A stretch of DNA of 64,000 bases from Synergistales bacterium. Lineage in GTDB: Bacteria; Synergistota; Synergistia; Synergistales; JAFGMB01. The stretch is from NCBI GenBank assembly GCA_963666205.1, contig OY762654.1:646611-710610 (forward strand). Reading direction: 5' to 3'. Position numbers and translations under genes: made by a program. This document shows, piece by piece, positions 40,967-50,803 of this stretch (position 1 is its first letter; each line of letters begins with the position of its first letter). The notes beneath the pieces were generated by a model that was not told the origin of the DNA, searched no databases, and worked only from the letters and a program-made list of their open reading frames with translations.

Positions 40967-42598
40967 ATGAATAAGAGATCTTTTCTGATAATTGCGCTGT
41001 TTGTATGTCTGACTATTATCACGTCCGGTGTTGGTATGGCAGCTGATGCTCCTAAATATGGAGGAGTACTGAAATGGCGGGAAATAAATGACCCACCCAA
41101 GGGCGATCCGGCAATGGCTACTGACACTGTATCCAGCAGGATGATACTTTGTATCTTTGATACTCTTGTTGAGAACCATCCTGATGGAGAGGGCATCCTT
41201 CCAGCCCTGGCCGAAAGTTGGGAAGGTAATGAAGACGGCACAATCTGGAAGTTCCACCTACGTAAAGGTGTAAGATTCCAGAAAGAACACATGGGAAAGC
41301 CTACAGAGAATAAAGGAAGAGAAGTTAAAGCAGCTGACTGGAAATACTCCTTCGAAAGGCTCGTCCATGTAAATTCACCGAGAGCATATTTCCTGGACAT
41401 GCTTAAGGGATACCAGGATTTTGTTGATGGCAAGGTTCAGGAATGGACTGGTATCAAAGTAATTGATGACTATACCCTTCAGTTTGAACTGGAATATTCC
41501 TTCGCCCCCTTTGTTTCAGTCCTTGCCTATAATTCCTTTATGGTGATCCCCAAAGAAGATGCAGATAAATGGGGCAAGGATTTTAATTTCCACCCCATTG
41601 GAACAGGTGCTTTCGTTCTGGATAAGTGGGAACATGATCAAAAAGTGGTTCTTAAGAGAAACCCCGATTACTGGAGAAAAGATGCGGATGGAAACGCTAT
41701 GCCCTATCTTGACTCGGTGGAAATAATGGTCATTCCCGATAACACTATAGCTTATCAGGAGTTTAAAAAGGGTAATATTGATGCCTTCCCTGATTTCCCG
41801 GATGAATTCTACGTTGAAGCAAAGGAAAAGTTCGGGAACTTATTCCAGGAACGACCATGGGTAGGTACCTATTATTATGGATTCAACAACAGCAAACCAC
41901 CATTTAAAGATAATAAAGATCTCCGTCAGGCCTTCAACTATGCAGTTAATAGGGAACTTATCAGCGAGCTTGTCCTGGAAGGTCGTTATTCTGCCGGTAA
42001 AGGCGTTCTTCCTCCGGGTATGCCCGGATATAACAAGGACCTGAAGGGGTATTCCTTCGATCCGGTCAAGGCAAAGACTCTCCTTGCAGCTGCTGGATAT
42101 CCAAATGGGATAGAGGTCGAACTCCAGGTTAACAACAACCCAAGACACAGAGCTGTAGCGGAGGCTATACAGGCTCAGCTTATGGATCTTGGAATCAAAC
42201 TCAATCTCAAGATCCTCGACTGGGGCGTCCATCTTGATATGTGCGAAAGAGCTGAAACCCAGATGTTCCGCATGGGTTGGGTAGTTGACTACATGGACCC
42301 GGATAATTTCCTCTTTGTACTGCTTCATTCTGACAATCACGGGGCAAAAGGAAATTATTCATTCTACAAAAACCCGGAAGTAGATAAGCTTCTTGCTGAA
42401 GCTCGAATAGAGACTGACTGGAACAAGAGGATGTCTCTTTACCGGAAAGCCGAGCAGATGATCGTGGAAGATGCTCCCTGGATATTCCTTTTCCACTACT
42501 CCACCAGTCTTCTTGCCCAGGAGTGGGTCAAGGGTATTTACCTCCCAGCAATGGGTGATTATTATACTGCCCTCTACAACGTCTGGATAAACAGGTAA
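40967..42598 (+). CDS. Peptide/nickel ABC transporter substrate-binding protein (SBP family 5, OppA/DppA-like)
   Basis: 543 aa. Signal peptide MNKRSFLIIALFVCLTIITSGVGMAA. SBP_bac_5 pattern (YGGVLKW..., RKGVRFQ..., FVLDKWEHDQKVVLKRNPDYW). Confidence 0.88.
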   Translation: MNKRSFLIIALFVCLTIITSGVGMAADAPKYGGVLKWREINDPPKGDPAMATDTVSSRMILCIFDTLVENHPDGEGILPALAESWEGNEDGTIWKFHLRKGVRFQKEHMGKPTENKGREVKAADWKYSFERLVHVNSPRAYFLDMLKGYQDFVDGKVQEWTGIKVIDDYTLQFELEYSFAPFVSVLAYNSFMVIPKEDADKWGKDFNFHPIGTGAFVLDKWEHDQKVVLKRNPDYWRKDADGNAMPYLDSVEIMVIPDNTIAYQEFKKGNIDAFPDFPDEFYVEAKEKFGNLFQERPWVGTYYYGFNNSKPPFKDNKDLRQAFNYAVNRELISELVLEGRYSAGKGVLPPGMPGYNKDLKGYSFDPVKAKTLLAAAGYPNGIEVELQVNNNPRHRAVAEAIQAQLMDLGIKLNLKILDWGVHLDMCERAETQMFRMGWVVDYMDPDNFLFVLLHSDNHGAKGNYSFYKNPEVDKLLAEARIETDWNKRMSLYRKAEQMIVEDAPWIFLFHYSTSLLAQEWVKGIYLPAMGDYYTALYNVWINR

Positions 42599-42679
42599 AT
42601 TCAGTAATTGCACTCAATTACAGGAGGACGGTAATACCGTTCTCCTGGCCTTTTCCATGAAAAAGCACAAAAGAGAGGC

Positions 42680-43615
42680 GTGATCAGAATGCTTTCTTAC
42701 ATTATAAGAAGACTTCTCTATACTGTCCCGGTGATCTGGGGAGTTGTAACGGTAGTATTTCTTTTGATGGCTGTTGTCCCAGGGGATCCAGCCAGAATTA
42801 TGATGGGACAGAGAGGAGATCCGGAAACCCTTGCCCGAATAAGATCTGATCTGGGTCTGGATCTTCCTATTCACCAACAGTATTTCCGTTTTTTAAAGGA
42901 AGTTGCAAAAGGGGATTTCGGAACATCCTACAGGACAAACCAGAAAGTTTCCCATGCCATCGTCGAAAGATTTCCTGCTACATTCCGACTTGCCTTCTGG
43001 GCCATGATATTCGCTTCAACAATCGGAGTAACGGCCGGCATCCTATCAGCGGTAAAACAATACTCATTCTTCGATTATTCTGCCATGTTCTTCGCGATAG
43101 CAGGTGTTAGTGCGCCGGTTTTCTGGGTTGGGCTGATCCTCCTTTTCATATTTGCCTATAACTTGAATTTCATTCCGGGGGTCGGATATGGAGATGGAAG
43201 TGTCCTGTATCTTATACTTCCGGTTATAACCCTGGGTGTCAGACCTGCTGCTCTTATTGCCCGTCTTACCCGTTCCTGCATGCTGGAAGTACTGAACCAG
43301 GACTACATAAGAACTGCTCGAGCAAAGGGATTAGGAGAAAAAACAGTGATCCTAAAACATGCTCTTAAAAATGCCATGATCCCTGTCATCACGATAATAG
43401 GCACTCAACTTTCCGCTCTTCTCTCCGGGGCAGTTCTTACAGAGACTATTTTCGCATGGCCCGGAATAGGCCGTCTTGCTGTTGAAGCACTGGTAGCAAG
43501 AGATTTTCCAATGATCAGAGGAACGGTTATTTTTATGGCTCTCATTTTCCTTGTCGCAAATATCGCAGTAGATATCTCTTACGGCTTCATTGACCCAAGG
43601 GTCAGATACAGCTAG
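42680..43615 (+). CDS. Peptide ABC transporter permease (OppB/DppB)
   Basis: 311 aa. YIIRRLLYTVPVIWGVVTVVF N-terminus and the EAA-loop region YIRTARAKGLGEKTVILKHALKNA. Confidence 0.9.
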   Translation: MIRMLSYIIRRLLYTVPVIWGVVTVVFLLMAVVPGDPARIMMGQRGDPETLARIRSDLGLDLPIHQQYFRFLKEVAKGDFGTSYRTNQKVSHAIVERFPATFRLAFWAMIFASTIGVTAGILSAVKQYSFFDYSAMFFAIAGVSAPVFWVGLILLFIFAYNLNFIPGVGYGDGSVLYLILPVITLGVRPAALIARLTRSCMLEVLNQDYIRTARAKGLGEKTVILKHALKNAMIPVITIIGTQLSALLSGAVLTETIFAWPGIGRLAVEALVARDFPMIRGTVIFMALIFLVANIAVDISYGFIDPRVRYS

Positions 43616-43620
43616 AGGTT

Positions 43621-44523
43621 ATGATCATGGGCAAAGGGAAAAATAACAACAGCACCAGACATGGTAATTTATGGTATGAAGCCTGGCTCAGATTTAAAAG
43701 GAACAGGCTTGCCATGGTAGGATTGATAATGGTCATATCCGTAATTCTGATCGCCATTTTTGCACCCTACATAGCCCCTTATGATCCATTCAAACAACTG
43801 ATCTGGACAGAGGGTAAAGCCATCAAACTCGCACCACCAAGTTATTCTCACTTAATGGGGACTGATTTCTACGGAAGGGACGTTCTAAGCAGAATAATTT
43901 TCGGAGCAAGGATATCTCTTCAGATAGGTATCTTTGCTACCATTGTCTCCCTTCTTATAGGAGTTCCTCTTGGTGCCCTTGCAGGTTACTTCCCGGGTTG
44001 GGTGGACGACATGATATCATGGCTCATCAATGTGGTTTTTGCCTTTCCCTTCATTCTCTTTGTCCTGGCCGTAGTAGCGGTATTCAAAAACCCCAGCATG
44101 ATAGTTATCTATCTGGCCATAGGACTTGTAACATGGGTACAGATCGCTCGAGTCGTGAGAGCCCAGTTCATCTCCCTCCGTGAAAGAGAATTTGTCGAAG
44201 CAGCAAGAGCTCTAGGTCTTCCAACCTGGAGAATAATCTTTATTCACATTCTACCTAATGCGCTGGCACCTGTAATCGTTCAGGCAACTCTGGGCATGGG
44301 AAGTATCATAATGATAGAAGCCGGACTTGCATTTCTCGGATTCGGTGCTCAACCCCCAACTCCAAGCTGGGGACTGATGATATCCATAGGACAGAAATTC
44401 CTTGCTACAGGGCACTGGTGGTGGGCTATTTTCCCTGGTCTGGCAATTATGTATACTGTGCTGGCCTTTAACTTCCTGGGTGACGGTCTACGGGATGCCC
44501 TTGATGTGCGCTTGAAGAGGTAG
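43621..44523 (+). CDS. Peptide ABC transporter permease (OppC/DppC)
   Basis: 300 aa. LMGTDFYGRDVLSRIIFGARISL and FVEAARALGLPTWRIIFIHILPN. Confidence 0.9.
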   Translation: MIMGKGKNNNSTRHGNLWYEAWLRFKRNRLAMVGLIMVISVILIAIFAPYIAPYDPFKQLIWTEGKAIKLAPPSYSHLMGTDFYGRDVLSRIIFGARISLQIGIFATIVSLLIGVPLGALAGYFPGWVDDMISWLINVVFAFPFILFVLAVVAVFKNPSMIVIYLAIGLVTWVQIARVVRAQFISLREREFVEAARALGLPTWRIIFIHILPNALAPVIVQATLGMGSIIMIEAGLAFLGFGAQPPTPSWGLMISIGQKFLATGHWWWAIFPGLAIMYTVLAFNFLGDGLRDALDVRLKR

Positions 44524-44532
44524 GTGGCTCAA

Positions 44533-45528
44533 ATGACATTACTGGAAGTCAAGAACCTCAAAACATATTTTGATACTGACCGAGGCACTGTGAAGGCGGT
44601 AGATGACGTTTCTTTCTGTATCAACCCAGGGGAAACACTTGGTATCGTTGGCGAGTCTGGCTGCGGGAAAAGTGTAACTTCCCTCTCCATCATCCAGTTA
44701 GTTGCTAAACCCGTTGGAAGAATAGCTGGAGGAAAGGTCCTTCTGAAAGGAAAGGATCTCCTTCAACTTTCAGAAGACCAGATGCAGTCCATAAGAGGAA
44801 ATGATATTTCAATGATCTTCCAGGAACCGATGACAAGCCTTAATCCAGTCTTCACAATAGGCGATCAGATAGTTGAACCATTAACTCTCCATCAGAAACT
44901 ACGAAAAAAAGAGGCTAGAGAAAAAACAATAGAAATGCTGAAAGTTGTCGGTATCCCTAACCCCGAACGAAGGGTTGATGAATATCCGCATCAACTCTCC
45001 GGCGGACAAAGACAAAGAGCCATGATTGCAATGGCCCTGGCATGTAATCCAGCCCTTCTGATAGCAGATGAACCGACTACAGCTCTCGATGTAACAGTAC
45101 AAGCCCAGATCCTTGAACTTATGAACAACCTTAAGAAAGAGTTTAATTCAGCTATAATGCTTATTACTCATGACCTTGGAGTTATTGCTGAAACAGCCCA
45201 GAGAGTTGTAGTGATGTATGCTGGCAAAGTGGTCGAAGAAGCTGAAGTAGTCGCTCTTTTCACATCTCCGCGACATCCCTACACAAAAGGCCTTCTAAGA
45301 TCCATTCCAAAACTGACTGAAGAAAGGGAAAGACTTGATGTCATAGAAGGAATAGTCCCTAATCCCCTTGATTTCCCCTCTGGATGCCGGTTTCACAATA
45401 GATGCCCCCATTGTTTTGAAAAATGCCGAGCAGAGGAACCTCCCCTCTATCTGCTTAAAGGGCAAAGAACTGTACGATGCTGGCTATTTGAATCATCTTC
45501 AGACAAGGCTGGTGATGAAGATGATTAA
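44533..45528 (+). CDS. Peptide ABC transporter ATPase (OppD/DppD)
   Basis: Start at ATG 44533 ([18 protein letters not shown]) or GTG 44524. Walker A GESGCGKS, signature LSGGQRQR, Walker [14 protein letters not shown]-terminal oligopeptide-type Cys motif. Confidence 0.9.
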   Translation: MTLLEVKNLKTYFDTDRGTVKAVDDVSFCINPGETLGIVGESGCGKSVTSLSIIQLVAKPVGRIAGGKVLLKGKDLLQLSEDQMQSIRGNDISMIFQEPMTSLNPVFTIGDQIVEPLTLHQKLRKKEAREKTIEMLKVVGIPNPERRVDEYPHQLSGGQRQRAMIAMALACNPALLIADEPTTALDVTVQAQILELMNNLKKEFNSAIMLITHDLGVIAETAQRVVVMYAGKVVEEAEVVALFTSPRHPYTKGLLRSIPKLTEERERLDVIEGIVPNPLDFPSGCRFHNRCPHCFEKCRAEEPPLYLLKGQRTVRCWLFESSSDKAGDEDD

Positions 45529-46504
45529 ACCCGGAAATGATTATCTGACAGTAACAGGATTGAAAAAATATTTCCCCATCAGGAAGGGGATCTTTAAAAA
45601 GACAATAGGGCATGTTCATGCTGTAGATGATATTTCCTTTTTCGTCAGAAAAAGAGAGACCCTGGGGCTGGTCGGAGAATCCGGCTGCGGTAAAACGACT
45701 GCAGGGAGAACCCTGCTTCATCTTTTGGAGCCCACAGAAGGTCAGGTATATTTCCGCGGCGAGGACGTAGCGCTTCTACTTGCAAAAGACCCAGCAAAGA
45801 TCAGACGTAATATGCAGATAATCTTTCAGGATCCCTATGGAAGTCTCAATCCGCGGATCACTGTAAGAGATATTGTAGGAGAAGCTGTTAAATATCATGG
45901 TCTTTACAAGGGAAAAGACCTTGATAATTATGTTGCTGAGGTCCTTCAGAAATGTGGTTTGAGGCCTGAACATCGATTTCGATATCCACATGAATTTTCA
46001 GGTGGGCAGAGACAGAGAATAGGGATCGCAAGGGCCCTTGCACTCAAGCCCAGGTTCGTAGTCTGTGATGAACCCGTATCAGCACTGGATGTTTCCATTC
46101 AGAGTCAGATTCTGAACCTTCTAAATGATCTCCAGGAGGAGATGAATCTTACATATCTTTTCATTTCCCATGATCTCTCTGTAGTTAAACATATTTCAGA
46201 CAGGATAGCCATTATGTACCTGGGAAAGATCGTTGAACTTGCTGCAAAAAAAGAGTTCTTTGCAAATCCGCTTCACCCATATACCCAGGCGTTGCTCTCT
46301 GCGATTCCCATACCGGATCCGACCATGAAAAGCACCAGGGTTATTCTTGAAGGAGATGTCCCTTCTCCTGCCAATCCACCATCGGGCTGCACTTTCCATA
46401 CAAGATGTCCCTACGCTATGAAAAGATGCAGAACGGAGGAACCCAGATTTGAGAATCAGGGGAATGAACATTTTGTTACATGTTTCCTGCATCAGAATGA
46501 CTGA
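45515..46504 (+). CDS. Peptide ABC transporter ATPase (OppF/DppF)
   Basis: Start moved to [20 protein letters not shown] (14-nt overlap with the upstream gene); the ORF-track start 45368 lies inside oppD. Walker [28 protein letters not shown]. Confidence 0.9.
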   Translation: MKMIKPGNDYLTVTGLKKYFPIRKGIFKKTIGHVHAVDDISFFVRKRETLGLVGESGCGKTTAGRTLLHLLEPTEGQVYFRGEDVALLLAKDPAKIRRNMQIIFQDPYGSLNPRITVRDIVGEAVKYHGLYKGKDLDNYVAEVLQKCGLRPEHRFRYPHEFSGGQRQRIGIARALALKPRFVVCDEPVSALDVSIQSQILNLLNDLQEEMNLTYLFISHDLSVVKHISDRIAIMYLGKIVELAAKKEFFANPLHPYTQALLSAIPIPDPTMKSTRVILEGDVPSPANPPSGCTFHTRCPYAMKRCRTEEPRFENQGNEHFVTCFLHQND

Positions 46505-46778
46505 ATTTATCCGGGGGATGGTGCAATTTCATCCCCTTCAGACTTCCAGTTATTATCAAATAATCACCAGATATTTACTCTTTCTCATAACAGCTTTTTT
46601 AAACTTTCTCCTCGGGCTCGAACAATTATTCTTGTTTCCTCTTGTAATGAAGATCTATAAGGGCCTTCACGTTCTTTTTAAAGGGAAATATGGCTTGACA
46701 GGTATCTGAAATAGAATAATAGAGGGCACTCCGCAAAGGATTTACACCTTCAAATTAAGGTTCTATAGCAATTGAATA

Positions 46779-46804
46779 TAAAAAAAGCTCCCCTTCCGGG
46801 GAGC
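46779..46804 (-). terminator. Rho-independent terminator of proS
   Basis: Minus strand: GCTCCCC-GGAA-GGGGAGC followed by TTTTTTT. Confidence 0.85.
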
Positions 46805-46832
46805 AATAATACAGGATATAGAAAATGGAATA

Positions 46833-48272
46833 TCAGTACGATCTGGCAAAAATAGCCATTTTAGCGTTATCCTTACCGGTGAAGAAGCACTTTCCTGTAG
46901 AAGTATCCTCCAGCGGGAAACAGCGGACGGTAGCACCTGTTTCCTCTTTGATCTTCTTTTCTTCAGCAATTCCGCCTGCAAAATAGGCTTTAAGAAAACC
47001 TCCACTGGTCTCAAGGACGGATTTGAATTCTGCAAAATCAGAAACCTGAAAAGTATTGTCATTTCTGAAATTCAAGGCCCTGTTATAAAGATCATTATGG
47101 ATCTGTTCCAGAATTGCGGGAACGGAAGTTTCGACATCAGAGATGGGTAACAGCATCTTTTCCCGGTTATCCCTTCTAACTGCAAGGACAGATCCCTGCT
47201 CCAGATCCCTTTCTCCAAGTTCCAGTCTAAGGGGAACTCCTTTCTGGAGATGTCTGAAGAAACGATCTCCAGGTCTCATATGGAATTCGGTATCTACAAC
47301 TACACTTCTCGAACCCAGAACATTATTAAGCCTGTTCGCCAACTCCGTTGCTGAAGGGAGAATACTGTTGTTCAGTTTATTTTCATCTTTGCTTATTGGT
47401 ATTATAACTACCTTAACAGGAGCAACTCTGGGAGGAAGGATCAGTCCGTCATTATCTGAGTGGGTCATTATTAAAGCACCGATAAGCCTGGTTGAAACAC
47501 CCCAGCTTGTTGTCCATGCATATTCCAGATCGAGGTTCTGGTTCTGGAACTGTATTTCAAAGGCTTTAGCAAAGTTCTGCCCCATGAAATGGCTTGTCCC
47601 CGACTGAAGTGCCTTTTTATCGCTCATCATTGCTTCACATGTAAATGTGTTCTCTGCACCGGGGAAACGTTCCCCTTCTGATTTTTCGCCTGCAATGACA
47701 GGGAGTGCAAGTATCTCAGTCATTATGGTCCTGTAAACTTCAAGCATTTTAAGCGTTTCTTCCAAAGCCTCTTTTCTGGTGGCATGGGCTGTATGGCCCT
47801 CCTGCCAGAGAAATTCAGAAGTCCTCAGGAAAAGTCGGGATCTTTTTTCCCACCTCATAACATTTGCCCACTGATTGATAAGTATGGGAAGATCTCTCCA
47901 GGACTGAACCCATTTGCTATACATATGCCCGATAACAGTTTCCGATGTGGGACGGATCACAAGGGCTTCCTCCAGCTCTTCACCTCCAGCATGGGTTACA
48001 ACTGCGCATTCAGGAGCAAAACCTTCAACATGCTCAGCCTCTTTTTCAAGAAATGAAATTGGTATCAGAAGTGGGAAATAGGCGTTAACATGGCCGGTTT
48101 CCTTAAAAGCTTCATCAAAATATTTCTGTATGGATTCCCATATGGAATAGCCTGTAGGACGAATAACCATACAGCCACGTACCGGAGCGTAATCTGCAAG
48201 TTCCGCCGTTCTGATAACGTCCAGATACCATTGGGAATAGTCCTGTTCTTTAGGTGTTATATTTCTAGCCAT
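46833..48272 (-). CDS. proS: Prolyl-tRNA synthetase, archaeal/eukaryote-like type
   Basis: 479 aa. No bacterial INS editing insertion. Class II motifs (FRDE-like LRTSEFLWQEGHTAH, GTSHFMGQNF). The C-terminal domain ends ...AIFARSY (terminal Tyr). Confidence 0.92.
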   Translation of the reverse strand: MARNITPKEQDYSQWYLDVIRTAELADYAPVRGCMVIRPTGYSIWESIQKYFDEAFKETGHVNAYFPLLIPISFLEKEAEHVEGFAPECAVVTHAGGEELEEALVIRPTSETVIGHMYSKWVQSWRDLPILINQWANVMRWEKRSRLFLRTSEFLWQEGHTAHATRKEALEETLKMLEVYRTIMTEILALPVIAGEKSEGERFPGAENTFTCEAMMSDKKALQSGTSHFMGQNFAKAFEIQFQNQNLDLEYAWTTSWGVSTRLIGALIMTHSDNDGLILPPRVAPVKVVIIPISKDENKLNNSILPSATELANRLNNVLGSRSVVVDTEFHMRPGDRFFRHLQKGVPLRLELGERDLEQGSVLAVRRDNREKMLLPISDVETSVPAILEQIHNDLYNRALNFRNDNTFQVSDFAEFKSVLETSGGFLKAYFAGGIAEEKKIKEETGATVRCFPLEDTSTGKCFFTGKDNAKMAIFARSY

Positions 48273-48299
48273 TCTTCCGCCTCACAATCAAAAGGATTT

Positions 48300-48344
48300 C
48301 GAGAAAAGGATACTGGCAAAAAGAACTCTTTTGCCAGTATCCTT
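48300..48344 (-). terminator. 16-bp perfect hairpin downstream of the patatin-barrel gene / upstream of proS
   Basis: AAGGATACTGGCAAAA (48306-48321), 7-nt loop, TTTTGCCAGTATCCTT (48329-48344), then TTTTCTC on the minus strand. Confidence 0.65.
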
Positions 48345-48412
48345 ATGTTCATTACTCCTAAAGGATATTTGACATTTTAGTCGTTTTTTACTCTACAATG
48401 CAAGTATCCCTT

Positions 48413-50497
48413 CTAATACCTTAACGGACAACTTTCCCACAGGGGGTTGCCCAGAGCAAACCCAAGGGTAAAATCATTCTCTTCGTTCCAGAGAATCAGA
48501 AACTTGCCATCAAAAAAATATCCTGGAACAGAGAATCCAAGACCTGCCTCCCATACCTCAGTAATACCTTCCCATTCATCATCCCAGGCATATCCATATC
48601 CAGCCATAAAATCAGCAGTCAGCCTACCCCACCAACTGGAAAAAAGCTCTTTCCTCAATACGATGTTTGTCCATGCCATTCTTTCTGCTCTTACGGGGTT
48701 ATCAGCATAACTATATAATTCTTCACGAGCACCAAGATAGACAGAAAGATCAGGATTTGAAAGATCCCCTTCAGCAAAACCAGCCCGGAATGCAGAAGAC
48801 CACTTATCTGAAAAACAAGATGCACTTGTAAATTCTGTTCTCATAACAGGCTCATCCATGTCAGGCCACCAGATACAACTGGTAAGGTTCATCCCCTTCT
48901 TCTTATCCTTATCAAAAGTATCGATGGAGGCAAAGAATAAGGGTCCCCAGAATGAGTTATCAAAATCATCCAGAGTATTCAATTTAAACACCAATCCCAG
49001 CCCTAGATCGAAAAGACCAGCCTTGAATATACGGGAGAGGACCATGCTATAATCTTCCCATTCAAGAAATGGGGAATTCGAGGGGGTCAGGTCCCATTTC
49101 TCAGCTGCCAGGGACAGGTTCCAACTCCCATAATCATCAGCCGAGGACATGTAATCCAGGCCAAGACCCCACTGATCTCCTATTCGAAGATCCAGCAACA
49201 GTTTATCACCATAATTGATGTAATCCCTATGGTTCAGATTGAACCTCAACCAGCGGTTGGAATGAAGGTTGGTGGCATATCCACCCATTTTTATTTCATA
49301 GGCAGCTTTTCTCTGAACTTCCAGAACTACCCTTACTTTATTTTCCGATTCTTCTATGTAATATTCTACCGAAAAAACATCATCCCTGGATTTCAGGTCA
49401 TTGCAGGCAACACGTATTTTCCCGGTATCTACAGGAAGGCCTATCCAATCACTATATTTTTTCTCAAGCTCTGTTTTAATCACCGGAGGGAATCCCCTGA
49501 TCTTTATTTCATCAACTATCTTTGCTATGAGGGGTCTTGCGCACTCCAGAGGGGGAGCCTGCTGAACAAGTTTTAGAATAAGCGGGATATCATCTTCTAT
49601 GGCGATCCTGCCAGCATGAATGATCTCTGATGATCTCGCAACATCCAGAAGTGGAATATCTTCATGTATATCCGGCCTGATAACTATTTCTGCAGTAGCG
49701 ATTTCCCTGTCTATATTCTGCATTGTCATGATCGTAATGGATTGATCGACCACGTCTATGATGGACCTGAGGTTATTTCTCATGAGAAGCGGACTTGTCA
49801 CATTCACCGCTATCACAGGATAACCAGGGAATAGTTCTCGAGCTGTTGAGACGGGCATATTTGATACCAGGCCCCCATCTACAAGCAGTTTCCCCTCTAT
49901 TGGCCATGGTTCAAATATGGCAGGAATAGCCATTGATGCCCGCATGGCAGAAGCAAGACTTCCCCGCCTTAGAACTACCTTTTTACCAGTTTCAAGATCT
50001 GTTGCTATCGCAGCAAAGGGAATACAAAGGTTATTAAAATTTACAACATCTACATTCAATGCAAGCTGGGCAAATCTATCAAGTAACTCGACTCCAGATT
50101 CACTTCCCAATGGCCCAGTGATCTGACCTTTTTCATTGAGAGATATCCAGGGCAATCCCCCCGCAGAGAGCTGCTCTCTTCCCAGTGCAACAAAAATCCT
50201 TTCAGATGGGTGGCTTAAAAGAGCGGTCAGATCTGTTCCTGAAATTATATCTCTGAGTTGTGATGCCTTATAACCGCTGGCATATAGACCTCCGATTATC
50301 GCTCCTATACTGGTACCAACGATCCCGGCAACGGGAATATTATTCTCTTCAAGGACTTCCAGAACACCAATATGAGCAAGCCCCCTGCTTCCTCCACCAG
50401 AAAGGGCAAGGACAACCCCCCCTTGTGCATAAAGAGAAGAAGTACACAGATGAATTACCAGAAGAGACAGCATAAAACAGCCGGATAGAGATCTCAA
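48413..50497 (-). CDS. Patatin-like phospholipase fused to POTRA plus Omp85-type beta-barrel (PlpD-like, type Vd autotransporter architecture)
   Basis: 694 aa. Signal peptide; GGGSRGLAHIG (oxyanion), GTSIG (GxSxG), LVDGGL (catalytic Asp). POTRA-like IVDEIKIRGFPPVIKTELEKKY...VRVVLEVQRK. An aromatic-rich C-terminal region with alternating pattern ends in ...PLRY. Confidence 0.75.
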   Translation of the reverse strand: MRSLSGCFMLSLLVIHLCTSSLYAQGGVVLALSGGGSRGLAHIGVLEVLEENNIPVAGIVGTSIGAIIGGLYASGYKASQLRDIISGTDLTALLSHPSERIFVALGREQLSAGGLPWISLNEKGQITGPLGSESGVELLDRFAQLALNVDVVNFNNLCIPFAAIATDLETGKKVVLRRGSLASAMRASMAIPAIFEPWPIEGKLLVDGGLVSNMPVSTARELFPGYPVIAVNVTSPLLMRNNLRSIIDVVDQSITIMTMQNIDREIATAEIVIRPDIHEDIPLLDVARSSEIIHAGRIAIEDDIPLILKLVQQAPPLECARPLIAKIVDEIKIRGFPPVIKTELEKKYSDWIGLPVDTGKIRVACNDLKSRDDVFSVEYYIEESENKVRVVLEVQRKAAYEIKMGGYATNLHSNRWLRFNLNHRDYINYGDKLLLDLRIGDQWGLGLDYMSSADDYGSWNLSLAAEKWDLTPSNSPFLEWEDYSMVLSRIFKAGLFDLGLGLVFKLNTLDDFDNSFWGPLFFASIDTFDKDKKKGMNLTSCIWWPDMDEPVMRTEFTSASCFSDKWSSAFRAGFAEGDLSNPDLSVYLGAREELYSYADNPVRAERMAWTNIVLRKELFSSWWGRLTADFMAGYGYAWDDEWEGITEVWEAGLGFSVPGYFFDGKFLILWNEENDFTLGFALGNPLWESCPLRY

Positions 50498-50803
50498 GAT
50501 ATCACTCCCTCGTGCCAGTTCAGGGGGTAATGAATTTATTTTACAAGACCATTTTAACTTAGCAAATCAATGAAAACAAACATTTCCTTTTTCAGCTTTT
50601 TTAAAGTTCTGGAGGACATGAAAGGTTTGACAGTTATCTGTTTATCTGGAAATACATCAGTTTCAATAAATTTACAGATTTTTTACAAAGACTCCTGCTG
50701 ATCCGGATGTAAAAGGGAGAACACAGGAATTCAGTCTTTTTCAGAAGAAGTTATATGCTGGAGGAGGGAATGGTTTCAGGACTCCATTTAACCAAAAGGT
50801 TTA

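Noticed and set aside
45368-45514. Long N-terminal extension of oppF as given in the ORF track
   Set aside because: The extension lies inside the oppD coding sequence in another frame. The homologous ATPase begins at [13 protein letters not shown].
46505-46778. 86-aa plus-strand ORF and other small ORFs in the oppF-proS spacer
   Set aside because: The ORF starts inside oppF in a different frame. It has no RBS and an implausible Leu/Phe-rich peptide. I treat the spacer as non-coding.
48273-48412. T-box leader upstream of proS
   Set aside because: The intergenic region is only ~140 nt and is dominated by one terminator hairpin. There is no specifier-loop/T-box (AGGGUGGNACCGCG-type) sequence.
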